Positions 50,827 to 59,090 of a stretch of DNA of 59,090 nucleotides are shown piece after piece. Within the stretch, counting starts at the first letter, position 1. The number at the start of each line of letters is the position of its first letter. The DNA lies in IMG/VR virus record IMGVR_UViG_3300046777_002911, positions 1 through 59,090 of that record; one strand, written 5' to 3'. A program made the position numbers and the translations under genes. Origin of the DNA: a virus (taxonomy: Duplodnaviria > Caudoviricetes). Under the pieces are notes generated by a model. The model was given only the letters and a program-made list of their open reading frames with translations, did no database searches and was not told the DNA's origin.

Positions 50827-51063
50827 ATGTCTTTAACTGTTTCAGAAAAAAATGAAATTAAAGCAAAAGCAGAAAAATATTTAGAGAGCTCTATTTATAT
50901 GCTTGCAACACTCTGTGCAATTGATCCAGATGAGGCGCTTGAAGCAACAACTCTAGATGAACTAATTGCAAGTTCTGCAGTTCTCCTTCCATTAGGCGAA
51001 CCAACTATGGCAACTTTTCAATCTTTATTTAACCAAATAACTTCTTTAAATTTATTAAGGTAA
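50827..51063 (+). CDS. small helical protein (divergent paralogue 3)
   Basis: EK...ESSIY....CAIDPDE; AGGAG SD. Confidence 0.7.
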   Translation: MSLTVSEKNEIKAKAEKYLESSIYMLATLCAIDPDEALEATTLDELIASSAVLLPLGEPTMATFQSLFNQITSLNLLR

Positions 51064-51069
51064 TACAAG

Positions 51070-51261
51070 ATGAGCTCGGTAAAGCCTCATAGTATTGATT
51101 CGGAGATAGATGACAACGCCGTACCACGTTTTTCCAGTGTATCTAAAAAACATGTATTTCCAAGTGGGGTTGAATTTGAATGCAACATCCTTACTGTAAA
51201 TAAAATAAAAAAAGAAAGATCTTTTAAAGGATTTTCTATTGACGAGGATGAAGAAGAATAA
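51070..51261 (+). CDS. hypothetical protein, 63 aa
   Basis: fills the operon gap on the + strand. Confidence 0.55.
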   Translation: MSSVKPHSIDSEIDDNAVPRFSSVSKKHVFPSGVEFECNILTVNKIKKERSFKGFSIDEDEEE

Positions 51262-51263
51262 CA

Positions 51264-51584
51264 ATGGCATACAATGCGCAACAAGATCTTAATTATATAG
51301 AGTCGGTATTGGCTTATTATTTAAATATAATAGGTTTGACCGCAGAAGACATGAATATTTTATCTATTGACGAAATCATCGCCAAGGCAAGAGATTTTAA
51401 CTTAATTACCCATGAAGTTAAAGCTCATAGAGTTCATGTTAGAGATAGAGACGACAGTGTTGGTGATCAAGATCTATATAAAGATGAACCAGCAATTGCA
51501 ATCTTAAGAAGCCAAAGAACATTAACCATATCTACTATTAGAAGATTTTGGTGGATGCGCCAACTAGCTTTAGGAGCTATCTAA
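51264..51584 (+). CDS. hypothetical protein, 106 aa
   Basis: coupled ORF. Confidence 0.7.
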   Translation: MAYNAQQDLNYIESVLAYYLNIIGLTAEDMNILSIDEIIAKARDFNLITHEVKAHRVHVRDRDDSVGDQDLYKDEPAIAILRSQRTLTISTIRRFWWMRQLALGAI

Positions 51585-52303
51585 TGAGTAGTGAAAAAAT
51601 TTTCTTTTCTAGAGTTAATGATTTACTTAAACCATATAAGTCTAATTCGGTAGCTAATCAACGTGAGATTGACGCATATACTAAAGTCAGAGAATATCTA
51701 GATGCTCTTCCTTTGGATAAAAGAAAAATAGCGGTAGGTGGAGATGTCTTTATATGGTATTTTGATATTTTCAGCAGAGAAGATTCTGTACATAGAAGCA
51801 CGGAGGGTTTTAGATATGGAGATAACCCACAAGAAAATATCTTTATGGTTAAAAACCCACTTAAGTCTTTGTTAACATCTCCAGTTATAAGTATAGCTTT
51901 TGCTGAAACGGTTGCAAGTAGATCGCAACTTACTTTAGTAAATAATTTTCAATTAAACCTTCTTGAGCAAGTTATATTAACTGAGGAAGAAATTGAAGAC
52001 TGGAACTATGAAGTTATATCTAGGCAACAGGCTGAAGCCTCAGAAGCTGGTCCGTTTGATTTTATATCAGTAAACTCATATGACATAGTACACGACCCAG
52101 CGCTAGTTCTGTCATACTACAACATGCTAGATGAAAATGGGGTAATGTTAGTTACTTGGGCTAACGATAATGGCAACTTGTATGAAACTGACGCAGAATA
52201 TTCTCCTTACTTTGAAATAAGCCAACATCTTAAGACGCTTGAAGGCGTATGCATATCTCATGATTACACTAGTTTGGGAACAACAATTGTCGTAAAAATA
52301 TAG
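51584..52303 (+). CDS. hypothetical protein, possible degenerate methyltransferase-like fold
   Basis: AGGAG SD and TAATG overlap; GPFDFISV...MLDENGVMLV resemble class I methyltransferase strands, but there is no GxGxG. Confidence 0.5.
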   Translation: MSSEKIFFSRVNDLLKPYKSNSVANQREIDAYTKVREYLDALPLDKRKIAVGGDVFIWYFDIFSREDSVHRSTEGFRYGDNPQENIFMVKNPLKSLLTSPVISIAFAETVASRSQLTLVNNFQLNLLEQVILTEEEIEDWNYEVISRQQAEASEAGPFDFISVNSYDIVHDPALVLSYYNMLDENGVMLVTWANDNGNLYETDAEYSPYFEISQHLKTLEGVCISHDYTSLGTTIVVKI

Positions 52304-52315
52304 TACAATACTATC

Positions 52316-52993
52316 ATGCTAGTAGTAGATAACTACATAAAAGATCCTGAACTATTAAAACAAATTGAAGTATCTAAAAATTTGTTTCCCGAATCAATGG
52401 GTTCAGAGGCAAGAATTGCCACTGAATTAAACTCGTATCATTACGAGCAAGCAACATGCTTTGCTCCATATATGTTTTGGAATGGCTGGTGGAATTCAGA
52501 AGCAAATACACTCGCTAAAAAGATAATTAAATCTATTTGGGAAGATAATCTTCCTTTTGATAAACAAGATATTTGCGGTTTTGAATATTGGACTAGAACA
52601 TTTAATCCAGGTCAGTATTTAGATACTCATGTTGATGAGGATACTTTCTTATATGCAAAAGAAAAAATCTTTCGTGGCCCAGTAATAGGCTGTGTATATT
52701 ATCCTCATACAAATGATGTAGTCGGTGGATTTTTGGAACTACACCCCAATGCAATAAAAGAAAACACCAAGAACGCTTTAGAGGCAGAGAATATTAAACA
52801 TAATATTTCTGCGCCTGAAGAACGCGAAAGAATTGCTTGTAAACCAAATAGATTGATAATTTTTGATGCAGGACACGTAGTGCATAACACCACTCCGCCA
52901 ATTTCTGGGATTAGAAGAGTTATGATTATTAACGTTTGGCACAAGGACAACCCGCCTTCAGCATTGCAAACTGGTGAATTCTATTATGAATGA
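52316..52993 (+). CDS. 2OG-Fe(II) oxygenase
   Basis: GFEYW...HVDED...YYP...GGFL...PNRLIIFD...HNT...R. Confidence 0.8.
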   Translation: MLVVDNYIKDPELLKQIEVSKNLFPESMGSEARIATELNSYHYEQATCFAPYMFWNGWWNSEANTLAKKIIKSIWEDNLPFDKQDICGFEYWTRTFNPGQYLDTHVDEDTFLYAKEKIFRGPVIGCVYYPHTNDVVGGFLELHPNAIKENTKNALEAENIKHNISAPEERERIACKPNRLIIFDAGHVVHNTTPPISGIRRVMIINVWHKDNPPSALQTGEFYYE

Positions 52994-53585
52994 TTTTGAA
53001 TTTCAATCCCTTTTAAATATTGGCATTTATAAAAAAAAGTTAAATTATATTGATAATAAAAAAATTTATGAAGAAATAAAAACTCATTCAAAAAAAATAG
53101 ATGATTCATTTCTTGATAATAAAAATCATTCTTATTTTGAAGATCAAACATATCCATTTGGTGCGATAGAATCGGAAAAATTAGCAACCGCACTAGTAAA
53201 CGAAGTTAGTGCAGCTCTTGGCAAAGAAATGCTATTAAATGATATTTGGACTTTAACTTTGGCAAATGGTCAATCTGTTGGGTATCATTCCCATAAATCT
53301 AATAAACATCTTCACCCCACTGAATACTATTCAATAGCATACTACCCCAATGCACCAGAAGGCAGTGCTGACCTCCAGTTTAATATAACCGCATGCAATA
53401 CAATTGAAACACTTATTTCTATACCAGTAGAAGAAGGCTTGTTAATTATCTTTAATTCTTTTGTGCCACACATGACAAATAGGCATAATAATTTAAATGA
53501 AAATAGGATAGTTGTAAGTGCAAACTTTTCTCCAAAATACCCTACTAGTACACAAACTCAGGATTGGTCAGCATACGCTAGATAA
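52986..53585 (+). CDS. putative 2OG-Fe(II) oxygenase (HxH type)
   Basis: W......HSH...SIAYYP...EGLLIIFNSFVPH...RIVVSAN. Confidence 0.75.
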   Translation: MNDFEFQSLLNIGIYKKKLNYIDNKKIYEEIKTHSKKIDDSFLDNKNHSYFEDQTYPFGAIESEKLATALVNEVSAALGKEMLLNDIWTLTLANGQSVGYHSHKSNKHLHPTEYYSIAYYPNAPEGSADLQFNITACNTIETLISIPVEEGLLIIFNSFVPHMTNRHNNLNENRIVVSANFSPKYPTSTQTQDWSAYAR

Positions 53586-53608
53586 TCATCTGTGATATAA
53601 TTATATCT

Positions 53609-53926
53609 ATGGTTGAAAATTTAAATATAATTGGTAATTGGAATGCAATTATAGAAACACCATTTGGTGAGTCAAAAGCAAATGTCCTAATTAAAACAAA
53701 TAATCCATTTGTTTCTGGAACCGTTAATGGTGAAAATGGATCGTTTGACTTTGATAACGGTACGTTTACGCAAAACACACTTGCTTTTTCCTCTACGGTT
53801 GATACGCCAATAAAAGCAACATTATATATTAGTGTTCTTATAGAAGGTGAAAAGTTTACTGGAACTCTTACAATGGATGAATATATGACGGTTAATATTA
53901 GAGGTTTTAAAAATGTCAATTTATGA
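53609..53926 (+). CDS. small beta-rich protein
   Basis: GNWNAIIETPFG start; TGATATAAT 7 nt upstream of ATG. Confidence 0.7.
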   Translation: MVENLNIIGNWNAIIETPFGESKANVLIKTNNPFVSGTVNGENGSFDFDNGTFTQNTLAFSSTVDTPIKATLYISVLIEGEKFTGTLTMDEYMTVNIRGFKNVNL

Positions 53927-54530
53927 TATTGAAGCTACATCAATAGATGGGCAAAAAAATTACCTATCAACATTTAAGGGTAAACTTACTTTGATTGTTA
54001 ATGTGTCCACAAAAGCTGGTGGATATGAACCACGCTGCTCCAAAGTTTGGTCCTATGCAAGGACAAGTAGACAGTTATGGCAATTGCAAAAAGTTCACGA
54101 CGAGTTTAAGGATAGAGGTTTTTCTGTATTAGCATTTCCAAACAATCAATTTGCTAAGATGGAACCAGGCACAAATGAAGAAATTATTGCTTTTGTTAAA
54201 GAACATTATTCGTTTGTTACTTTCCCTTTCTTTGAAAAAGTAGATGTAAATGGAAAAAATGAACATCCTTTATTTACTGCCCTAAAAGGAAATGAAAGAA
54301 GAAATTATTCAGATTTTACAGCCGATCAAAGCGATAGGGCAATTGAGAATCAAAATCTTGCGGGTCAAGCAATCGCAAGAATATCTCATGGCTATGAAAA
54401 ATTTTTAGTTAGTAGAGACGGGATAATGGTAGCTAGATTCAACTGGCAAGACATGCCACTAGACGAAATACCAAGGGTTATGGGCGCTGGATGGACGATT
54501 AGAGAAGCAATTGATGAGATGTTGGGATAG
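53913..54530 (+). CDS. glutathione peroxidase-like protein with an atypical active site
   Basis: FKGKLTLIVNV, GFSVLAFPNNQF..MEPG, FEKVDVNGKNEHPLF, YEKFLV. Confidence 0.85.
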   Translation: MSIYDIEATSIDGQKNYLSTFKGKLTLIVNVSTKAGGYEPRCSKVWSYARTSRQLWQLQKVHDEFKDRGFSVLAFPNNQFAKMEPGTNEEIIAFVKEHYSFVTFPFFEKVDVNGKNEHPLFTALKGNERRNYSDFTADQSDRAIENQNLAGQAIARISHGYEKFLVSRDGIMVARFNWQDMPLDEIPRVMGAGWTIREAIDEMLG

Positions 54531-55633
54531 TGATGGAAAATCAATCAGTAGATAAATTTATTAACAGTACACCATTCCCAGTTACGCCAATTATAGACGA
54601 AACAATTCTTGAGGAAATAAATAACCTTGAAGTAGAAATACTTGGACCAGGTGTTATAGTTTTCAAAAATGCTTTCAAAATAGATCAAGAATTAATACTC
54701 AATTATATTGATTCTAAGGCTGAAAAAGCTCACGAAAATAGATGGTCATATATTACCGCCGAAGACGGAAAAGAGTATGGAATCAATGAAGACGGTTTTA
54801 GATATAGGTTAGAGGATATACCTGCTACTCCAGTTAGATTGCTGCATCCTGTTACTGACGAAACCCCAGATAGTGTAAAAGAATTTTTTCTTTATTTAGA
54901 AGAACAAAATTATAAATGTTTACTAAAATATATAGATCATTATCCATTGGTTATTGGTAGTATTTGGTGGAAAAATAGAGGCCATGTTTTAAGATACGGT
55001 GATGGTGGAATTCTGGGGTGTCACTCCGATAATGATACTAATTATAAGGTCACCAACGGTATTAGATACATGCCGAGGGGTATGGTTGCCGCAAGACAAA
55101 CATGCGGATCTTTACTATATTTAAACGACTGTGTGGATTCAGAAGACCAATTAAATGGTAGAAATTTTACTGGCGGTCATCTTCGTTTTGTTCATCTTGG
55201 AATTTCTTATATGCCACAAAGAGGTGATATTATATTTTTTCCAACAAACTACGTTGCCTCACATGATGTTGAGCGTATGGGCAAAGGAGTTAGGTATAGT
55301 TACTTATCCTTCTTTGGACAAGGTGGTGATGATATCCCTGCTGGAGTTGTTATAAGTGAACCAGATAGAAGTTTTGAATGGTGTCCAGCGGTTTGGCTTA
55401 ATAATATTTATGATGACTATGAATTATATTGTAAATCGCCGTATTCAATTTTTTCTGATCCAGAAAAATACAAAGTAGAACTTGGTTGGAATCCAGTTTA
55501 TCAGGGTAGAAACGTTGCACAGTATAATACAACTCATGAGGCGGTAGAAATTAAAGAGGAATCTGCGTCTGATAAGACTCCACAAAATGAACTTCCAGAA
55601 GGCCCATGTGGTACTGATCCAGTTGCAATTTGA
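54530..55633 (+). CDS. 2OG-Fe(II) oxygenase
   Basis: HSD...YLND...FTGG...FPTNY..SHDV...RY. Confidence 0.85.
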   Translation: MMENQSVDKFINSTPFPVTPIIDETILEEINNLEVEILGPGVIVFKNAFKIDQELILNYIDSKAEKAHENRWSYITAEDGKEYGINEDGFRYRLEDIPATPVRLLHPVTDETPDSVKEFFLYLEEQNYKCLLKYIDHYPLVIGSIWWKNRGHVLRYGDGGILGCHSDNDTNYKVTNGIRYMPRGMVAARQTCGSLLYLNDCVDSEDQLNGRNFTGGHLRFVHLGISYMPQRGDIIFFPTNYVASHDVERMGKGVRYSYLSFFGQGGDDIPAGVVISEPDRSFEWCPAVWLNNIYDDYELYCKSPYSIFSDPEKYKVELGWNPVYQGRNVAQYNTTHEAVEIKEESASDKTPQNELPEGPCGTDPVAI

Positions 55634-56556
55634 TCATGTATACGTTACCCGAACCAAAACACTTAGGAACTGGCGTTGTTCTCTTTGAGAATGCAGTTGA
55701 AGTAAACCAAGATTTGGTTCTCCCCTATATTGCATCTTTGAAAGAAAAAGCATTAAAAGAAGATTACCAAATCATCTATGATGATAAAAAAAATCCAACC
55801 TATGCAATAAATCGAAGCGGGCACAGATATGCAATAGCGGACATCTATAAAAGCTCAAGTCATATTATGAATTTTGTAGATGAAAAAACTAGTTTAGATA
55901 TAATTAACTTTTTTGATAAGTGTGAAAAAAGCTTTTACGAGGGTGTACTAAGTTACGCTACTCTTTTTCCTATGATTATAACTAGTTTATGGTGGAGAAC
56001 TCAGGGTCACATATTGGCATATGGGTCGGGAAGCGCAATGGGTTTACATAGTGATAATGACGTAAATTATCAACCTGGTTTTGAACCAGATCTCCAAGTT
56101 GCTACAAGAAGTGTAGTTGGTGTAATTATCTATCTTAACGATTCAATTGAAGATGGAAATATTATTGGAAAATATGAATATACTGGTGGAGAGATATCTT
56201 TCCCATACGCAAATATAAAATATAAACCGAAAACTGGAGACATGTTAATGTTTCCGTCAAACTATTTAGGGTCACATGAAATAGCTTATTGTAATGATGG
56301 AAATAGATATGCCTATATCGGTTATTTTTCTCATGGCTCTGCTCACCCACAAAGAGGAATTAATATAACCCACGGTGAAATTCCAGTAGGTTCTCAAGGG
56401 CAAATATGGATGCCTAATATAATTAAAGATTATATAAATTTTGTTAGAACAAAATATAAAAACGCTGAAAAAGAAAAAATAGATAATTTATTAAGAGCAA
56501 CAAATAGAGTGTATAATAGTGCAAACACTATGAAAGAGATAGATAATGATTTTTAA
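55630..56556 (+). CDS. 2OG-Fe(II) oxygenase
   Basis: HSD...YLND...YTGGE...FPSNYLGSHEI...RY. Confidence 0.85.
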   Translation: MIMYTLPEPKHLGTGVVLFENAVEVNQDLVLPYIASLKEKALKEDYQIIYDDKKNPTYAINRSGHRYAIADIYKSSSHIMNFVDEKTSLDIINFFDKCEKSFYEGVLSYATLFPMIITSLWWRTQGHILAYGSGSAMGLHSDNDVNYQPGFEPDLQVATRSVVGVIIYLNDSIEDGNIIGKYEYTGGEISFPYANIKYKPKTGDMLMFPSNYLGSHEIAYCNDGNRYAYIGYFSHGSAHPQRGINITHGEIPVGSQGQIWMPNIIKDYINFVRTKYKNAEKEKIDNLLRATNRVYNSANTMKEIDNDF

Positions 56557-57427
56557 TGACGTTGACGCAAAGCACCTTGGCGGTGGAGTAATACTCTTTG
56601 AATCAGCTATAGATATAGATTGGGACTATATTAGGGAATTCAGCAGAAAAGCAATTAATCAAGAGAGATCAGAAATGTATGAGCCAGCTACGGATCCAGA
56701 AACTGGCGATCAAATATATATAAATAAGAGTGGTTATTTCTTCAAAAAAGAAAGCGTAGACAACATGCCAGGTAGAGGGTCGGCTATCCATAGGTATGGT
56801 GATGAAAAGGTAAAAGAAATATTTAATTTTATAGAAGCCGCAAAAGATAAATACTTGTTTAAGTATTTTGAGCTATTCCCACTTGCTTATAAATGCGTTT
56901 GGTGGAAAGTAAAAGGGCATATAGTCCAATATAAAAAAAATGTTTATCTAGGTAGTCATTCTGATGTAAGTGCAGATTTTATTTATGATGTTTGGACACC
57001 AAAAGATCAATTAGCAACTAGGAATGTTATTAGCAATGTTTTTTATCTTAATTCTTGCGTAGATAGTGAAGAAGAATTAGATGGAACAAATTTTACTGGT
57101 GGACATCATTATTTTAATTATTTAGACATAGATATAAAGCCACAAAAAGGTGACTTGTTATTTTTTCCATCTAATTTTATGGCAGCACACGAAGTTAAAC
57201 CAGTTGAAGAGGGAGAAAGATATTCTTACCTTGGTTGGTATAGTCATGGAACTCCAAATAAAGAAGTTGGTGAATTTGTTGTTGATCCATTAAAAGATCC
57301 AGAACAAGCAAAAACAGCAACCAACCTCTATATGCCTAACCTGACATCTGACTATAGAGAATACCTAACTAAAAAAGGTTACCAAGAACATTCAGATCAA
57401 TTCAATATAACAAGATCTAATTATTAA
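56546..57427 (+). CDS. 2OG-Fe(II) oxygenase
   Basis: HSD...YLNS...FTGG...FPSNFMAAHEV...RY. Confidence 0.85.
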   Translation: MIFNDVDAKHLGGGVILFESAIDIDWDYIREFSRKAINQERSEMYEPATDPETGDQIYINKSGYFFKKESVDNMPGRGSAIHRYGDEKVKEIFNFIEAAKDKYLFKYFELFPLAYKCVWWKVKGHIVQYKKNVYLGSHSDVSADFIYDVWTPKDQLATRNVISNVFYLNSCVDSEEELDGTNFTGGHHYFNYLDIDIKPQKGDLLFFPSNFMAAHEVKPVEEGERYSYLGWYSHGTPNKEVGEFVVDPLKDPEQAKTATNLYMPNLTSDYREYLTKKGYQEHSDQFNITRSNY

Positions 57428-57428
57428 T

Positions 57429-58214
57429 ATGATAAACAAAAACTTTCAATTTGAAGATGTTGGATCTGGTCTTTGTGTTGCGTTAAATGCTATTAATATA
57501 GATCAGTCTTTTTTGTTTAATTATATTAATTATTTAAAAGAAGCAGAAGAAGAAACTTTTACCTATGTTGAAGAAAACGGAAAAAAGTACGCAATTAATA
57601 GAACTGGATTTAAATTTGATTTAAATGAAGTAAGTATGGCTCCTGGTAGATTTATAGATCCATTGCTTAAAATGAGTGAAAGAAACCCAACAAAAGAACA
57701 AGAAAAATTTATAGAAGATTTAGAAGATCTTATGTATAAAATACTTGTTGAATACTGTAAACACTATCCTGATGCAGCCAGCGTCTGCTGGTGGAGGGGT
57801 CCTGGTCACATAGCTACCTACGCTAAAGGTCAGGGTATGGGCCCACATTGTGATGATGCAATACCTTTTGAATTTGGTAAACCAACCAAAAACGAGTATC
57901 CAAAACACAGTAAAGTTAGTGTAAACATTTACCTTAATGATTGTGTTGAAACTGAAGATGAATTAAATGGCTATAATTTTACTGGTGGAGAAATTAAGTT
58001 TAGGCACGCAAAATATACGCATAAGCCAAAAGCTGGTTCTGCAGTTATTTATCCTACTAACTATATAGGTACTCACGAAGTTGTCCCAGTAAAAAATGGA
58101 TTAAGAATAGCATATCTTGGGTCATTTTTGTACGGAACCCCAGAGCACGCAAGAGAAGGCGATGGGCGAATCTGGATGCCAAACCTTAAAAAAGATGCAG
58201 GATTAGTATTATAA
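57429..58214 (+). CDS. 2OG-Fe(II) oxygenase
   Basis: HCD...YLND...FTGGE...YPTNYIGTHEV...R. Confidence 0.85.
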   Translation: MINKNFQFEDVGSGLCVALNAINIDQSFLFNYINYLKEAEEETFTYVEENGKKYAINRTGFKFDLNEVSMAPGRFIDPLLKMSERNPTKEQEKFIEDLEDLMYKILVEYCKHYPDAASVCWWRGPGHIATYAKGQGMGPHCDDAIPFEFGKPTKNEYPKHSKVSVNIYLNDCVETEDELNGYNFTGGEIKFRHAKYTHKPKAGSAVIYPTNYIGTHEVVPVKNGLRIAYLGSFLYGTPEHAREGDGRIWMPNLKKDAGLVL

Positions 58215-58269
58215 TTATAGATATATACAGCGCTACTATATAGTTAGTCTCTGCAAAAGGAAATCCTGA

Positions 58270-58566
58270 ATGATTTATAATGATCTAATTGCTTACAACC
58301 AAGCTGCTGTTCAATATGATGGAACGGTTATTCTTAAAATTCAAGGAATATCTAATCCTATTATTTTAAATAATATTAAAGTAAATTTTTCTGGAACAGA
58401 AGATTATTCCGTAGGAACAACTATAGGGGTTATAAGTATAGATGTTGATCCAACTGGTGTTATTACAATAGAAGCTTTGGCAAAAGAAGGCGCAGCACTT
58501 GTTCAGGCAAGTGAGATTACAGTGCACTCTGGGACATTAGTAAGCGTTCAATATCAAGGGCAATAA
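58270..58566 (+). CDS. hypothetical (putative virion) protein, 98 aa
   Basis: AAGG SD; TACTATAT 36 nt upstream. Confidence 0.7.
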   Translation: MIYNDLIAYNQAAVQYDGTVILKIQGISNPIILNNIKVNFSGTEDYSVGTTIGVISIDVDPTGVITIEALAKEGAALVQASEITVHSGTLVSVQYQGQ

Positions 58567-58622
58567 CCTTATCAGCGTAGTTATTTACTGTACTATATAA
58601 GTATATTTTTAAAGAGGTAAAA

Positions 58623-59090
58623 ATGGCAACTATTTTAGTTAACGATACTGTTCGTTTAAAAGTTAAATTTATTGACGTTGACGTTGATGGGAATCAAGTT
58701 GAAGTAGCACCAGCGTCAGTATTAATGACTATTTCAAACTCAAGTAATGAAACTATAGTATCTACAGAGCCTACAGCTCTTAACGAATATGAGTTTTATT
58801 ATGACTACACTCCAACCGATGCAGGCACATATAAGATTTCTTTTACTGGGATACTTGAAAATAACACTACGATTAATGTTAATCAACAAATTTATGTTAG
58901 TACTCCCACAGAAGACTATAAGCCAACGATCTTTTTAATGCAAGATGAGACAATCTATTTTGCTCCAGATATTGAACCGATATACCTTGATCCAGAACAA
59001 CTTTTACCATATTTCCCAGACGCTTCTTTATTGGAGATAGGCGAATTTATTTATAATTATTCTTTAGAGATTAAAGGAATATACAAACTC
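58623..59090 (+). CDS. putative virion protein, truncated by the window end (MATILVNDTVRLKVKF...)
   Basis: GAGG SD; TACTATAT at 58591; frame open to the window end. Confidence 0.7.
   Translation, partial: MATILVNDTVRLKVKFIDVDVDGNQVEVAPASVLMTISNSSNETIVSTEPTALNEYEFYYDYTPTDAGTYKISFTGILENNTTINVNQQIYVSTPTEDYKPTIFLMQDETIYFAPDIEPIYLDPEQLLPYFPDASLLEIGEFIYNYSLEIKGIYKL

Noticed and set aside
3985-57908. Numerous short antisense or alternate-frame ORFs in the track (e.g. 3985..4335, 9028..9375, 12279..12695, 25474..25887, 31859..32242, 44101..44478)
   Set aside because: They overlap well-supported genes, lack SD sequences and mirror the codon bias of the real strand.
1-59090. Stop-codon reassignment (TAG/TGA) or selenocysteine in the peroxidases
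   Set aside because: TAA, TAG and TGA all end genes at sensible positions next to downstream starts; neither GPx-like ORF has an in-frame TGA.
1-59090. tRNA, rRNA, integrase or transposase genes
   Set aside because: No cloverleaf or T-loop signature was seen in the short intergenic gaps, and no mobile-element motifs were recognised. A suppressor tRNA, if it exists, would lie outside this window.

Overview
This is an AT-rich segment of a large tailed phage genome. The host is probably an actinobacterium (inferred from PASTA-like domains and apparently leaderless genes). From left to right it holds: a GC-richer block of small minus-strand genes (1-1560); recA and a single-domain ClpA/B-like ATPase; Gly/Ala-rich putative virion proteins; terminase large subunit, portal, a prohead protease/scaffold with an embedded Dps domain, and capsid genes; several long tail-fibre-like proteins; and a modification island of ten 2OG-Fe(II) oxygenase genes with glycosyltransferase-like, GNAT and glutathione-peroxidase-like genes next to two (F/Y)FPP-repeat proteins. 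The most striking signal is that 11 genes, including terminase and prohead protease, are split by 12 identical +1 frame breaks. Each break lies at an in-frame CGG codon, and reading CGGN as one codon (or skipping the C to read GGN Gly) restores the full protein. The breaks all lie in the first 200 codons, two occur at the same aligned position in paralogues, and a manual scan found no in-frame CGG in any intact gene. This points to programmed CGG-triggered +1 recoding or natural quadruplet decoding. A systematic sequencing error has not been excluded. All product calls come from motif recognition only; no database search was run.
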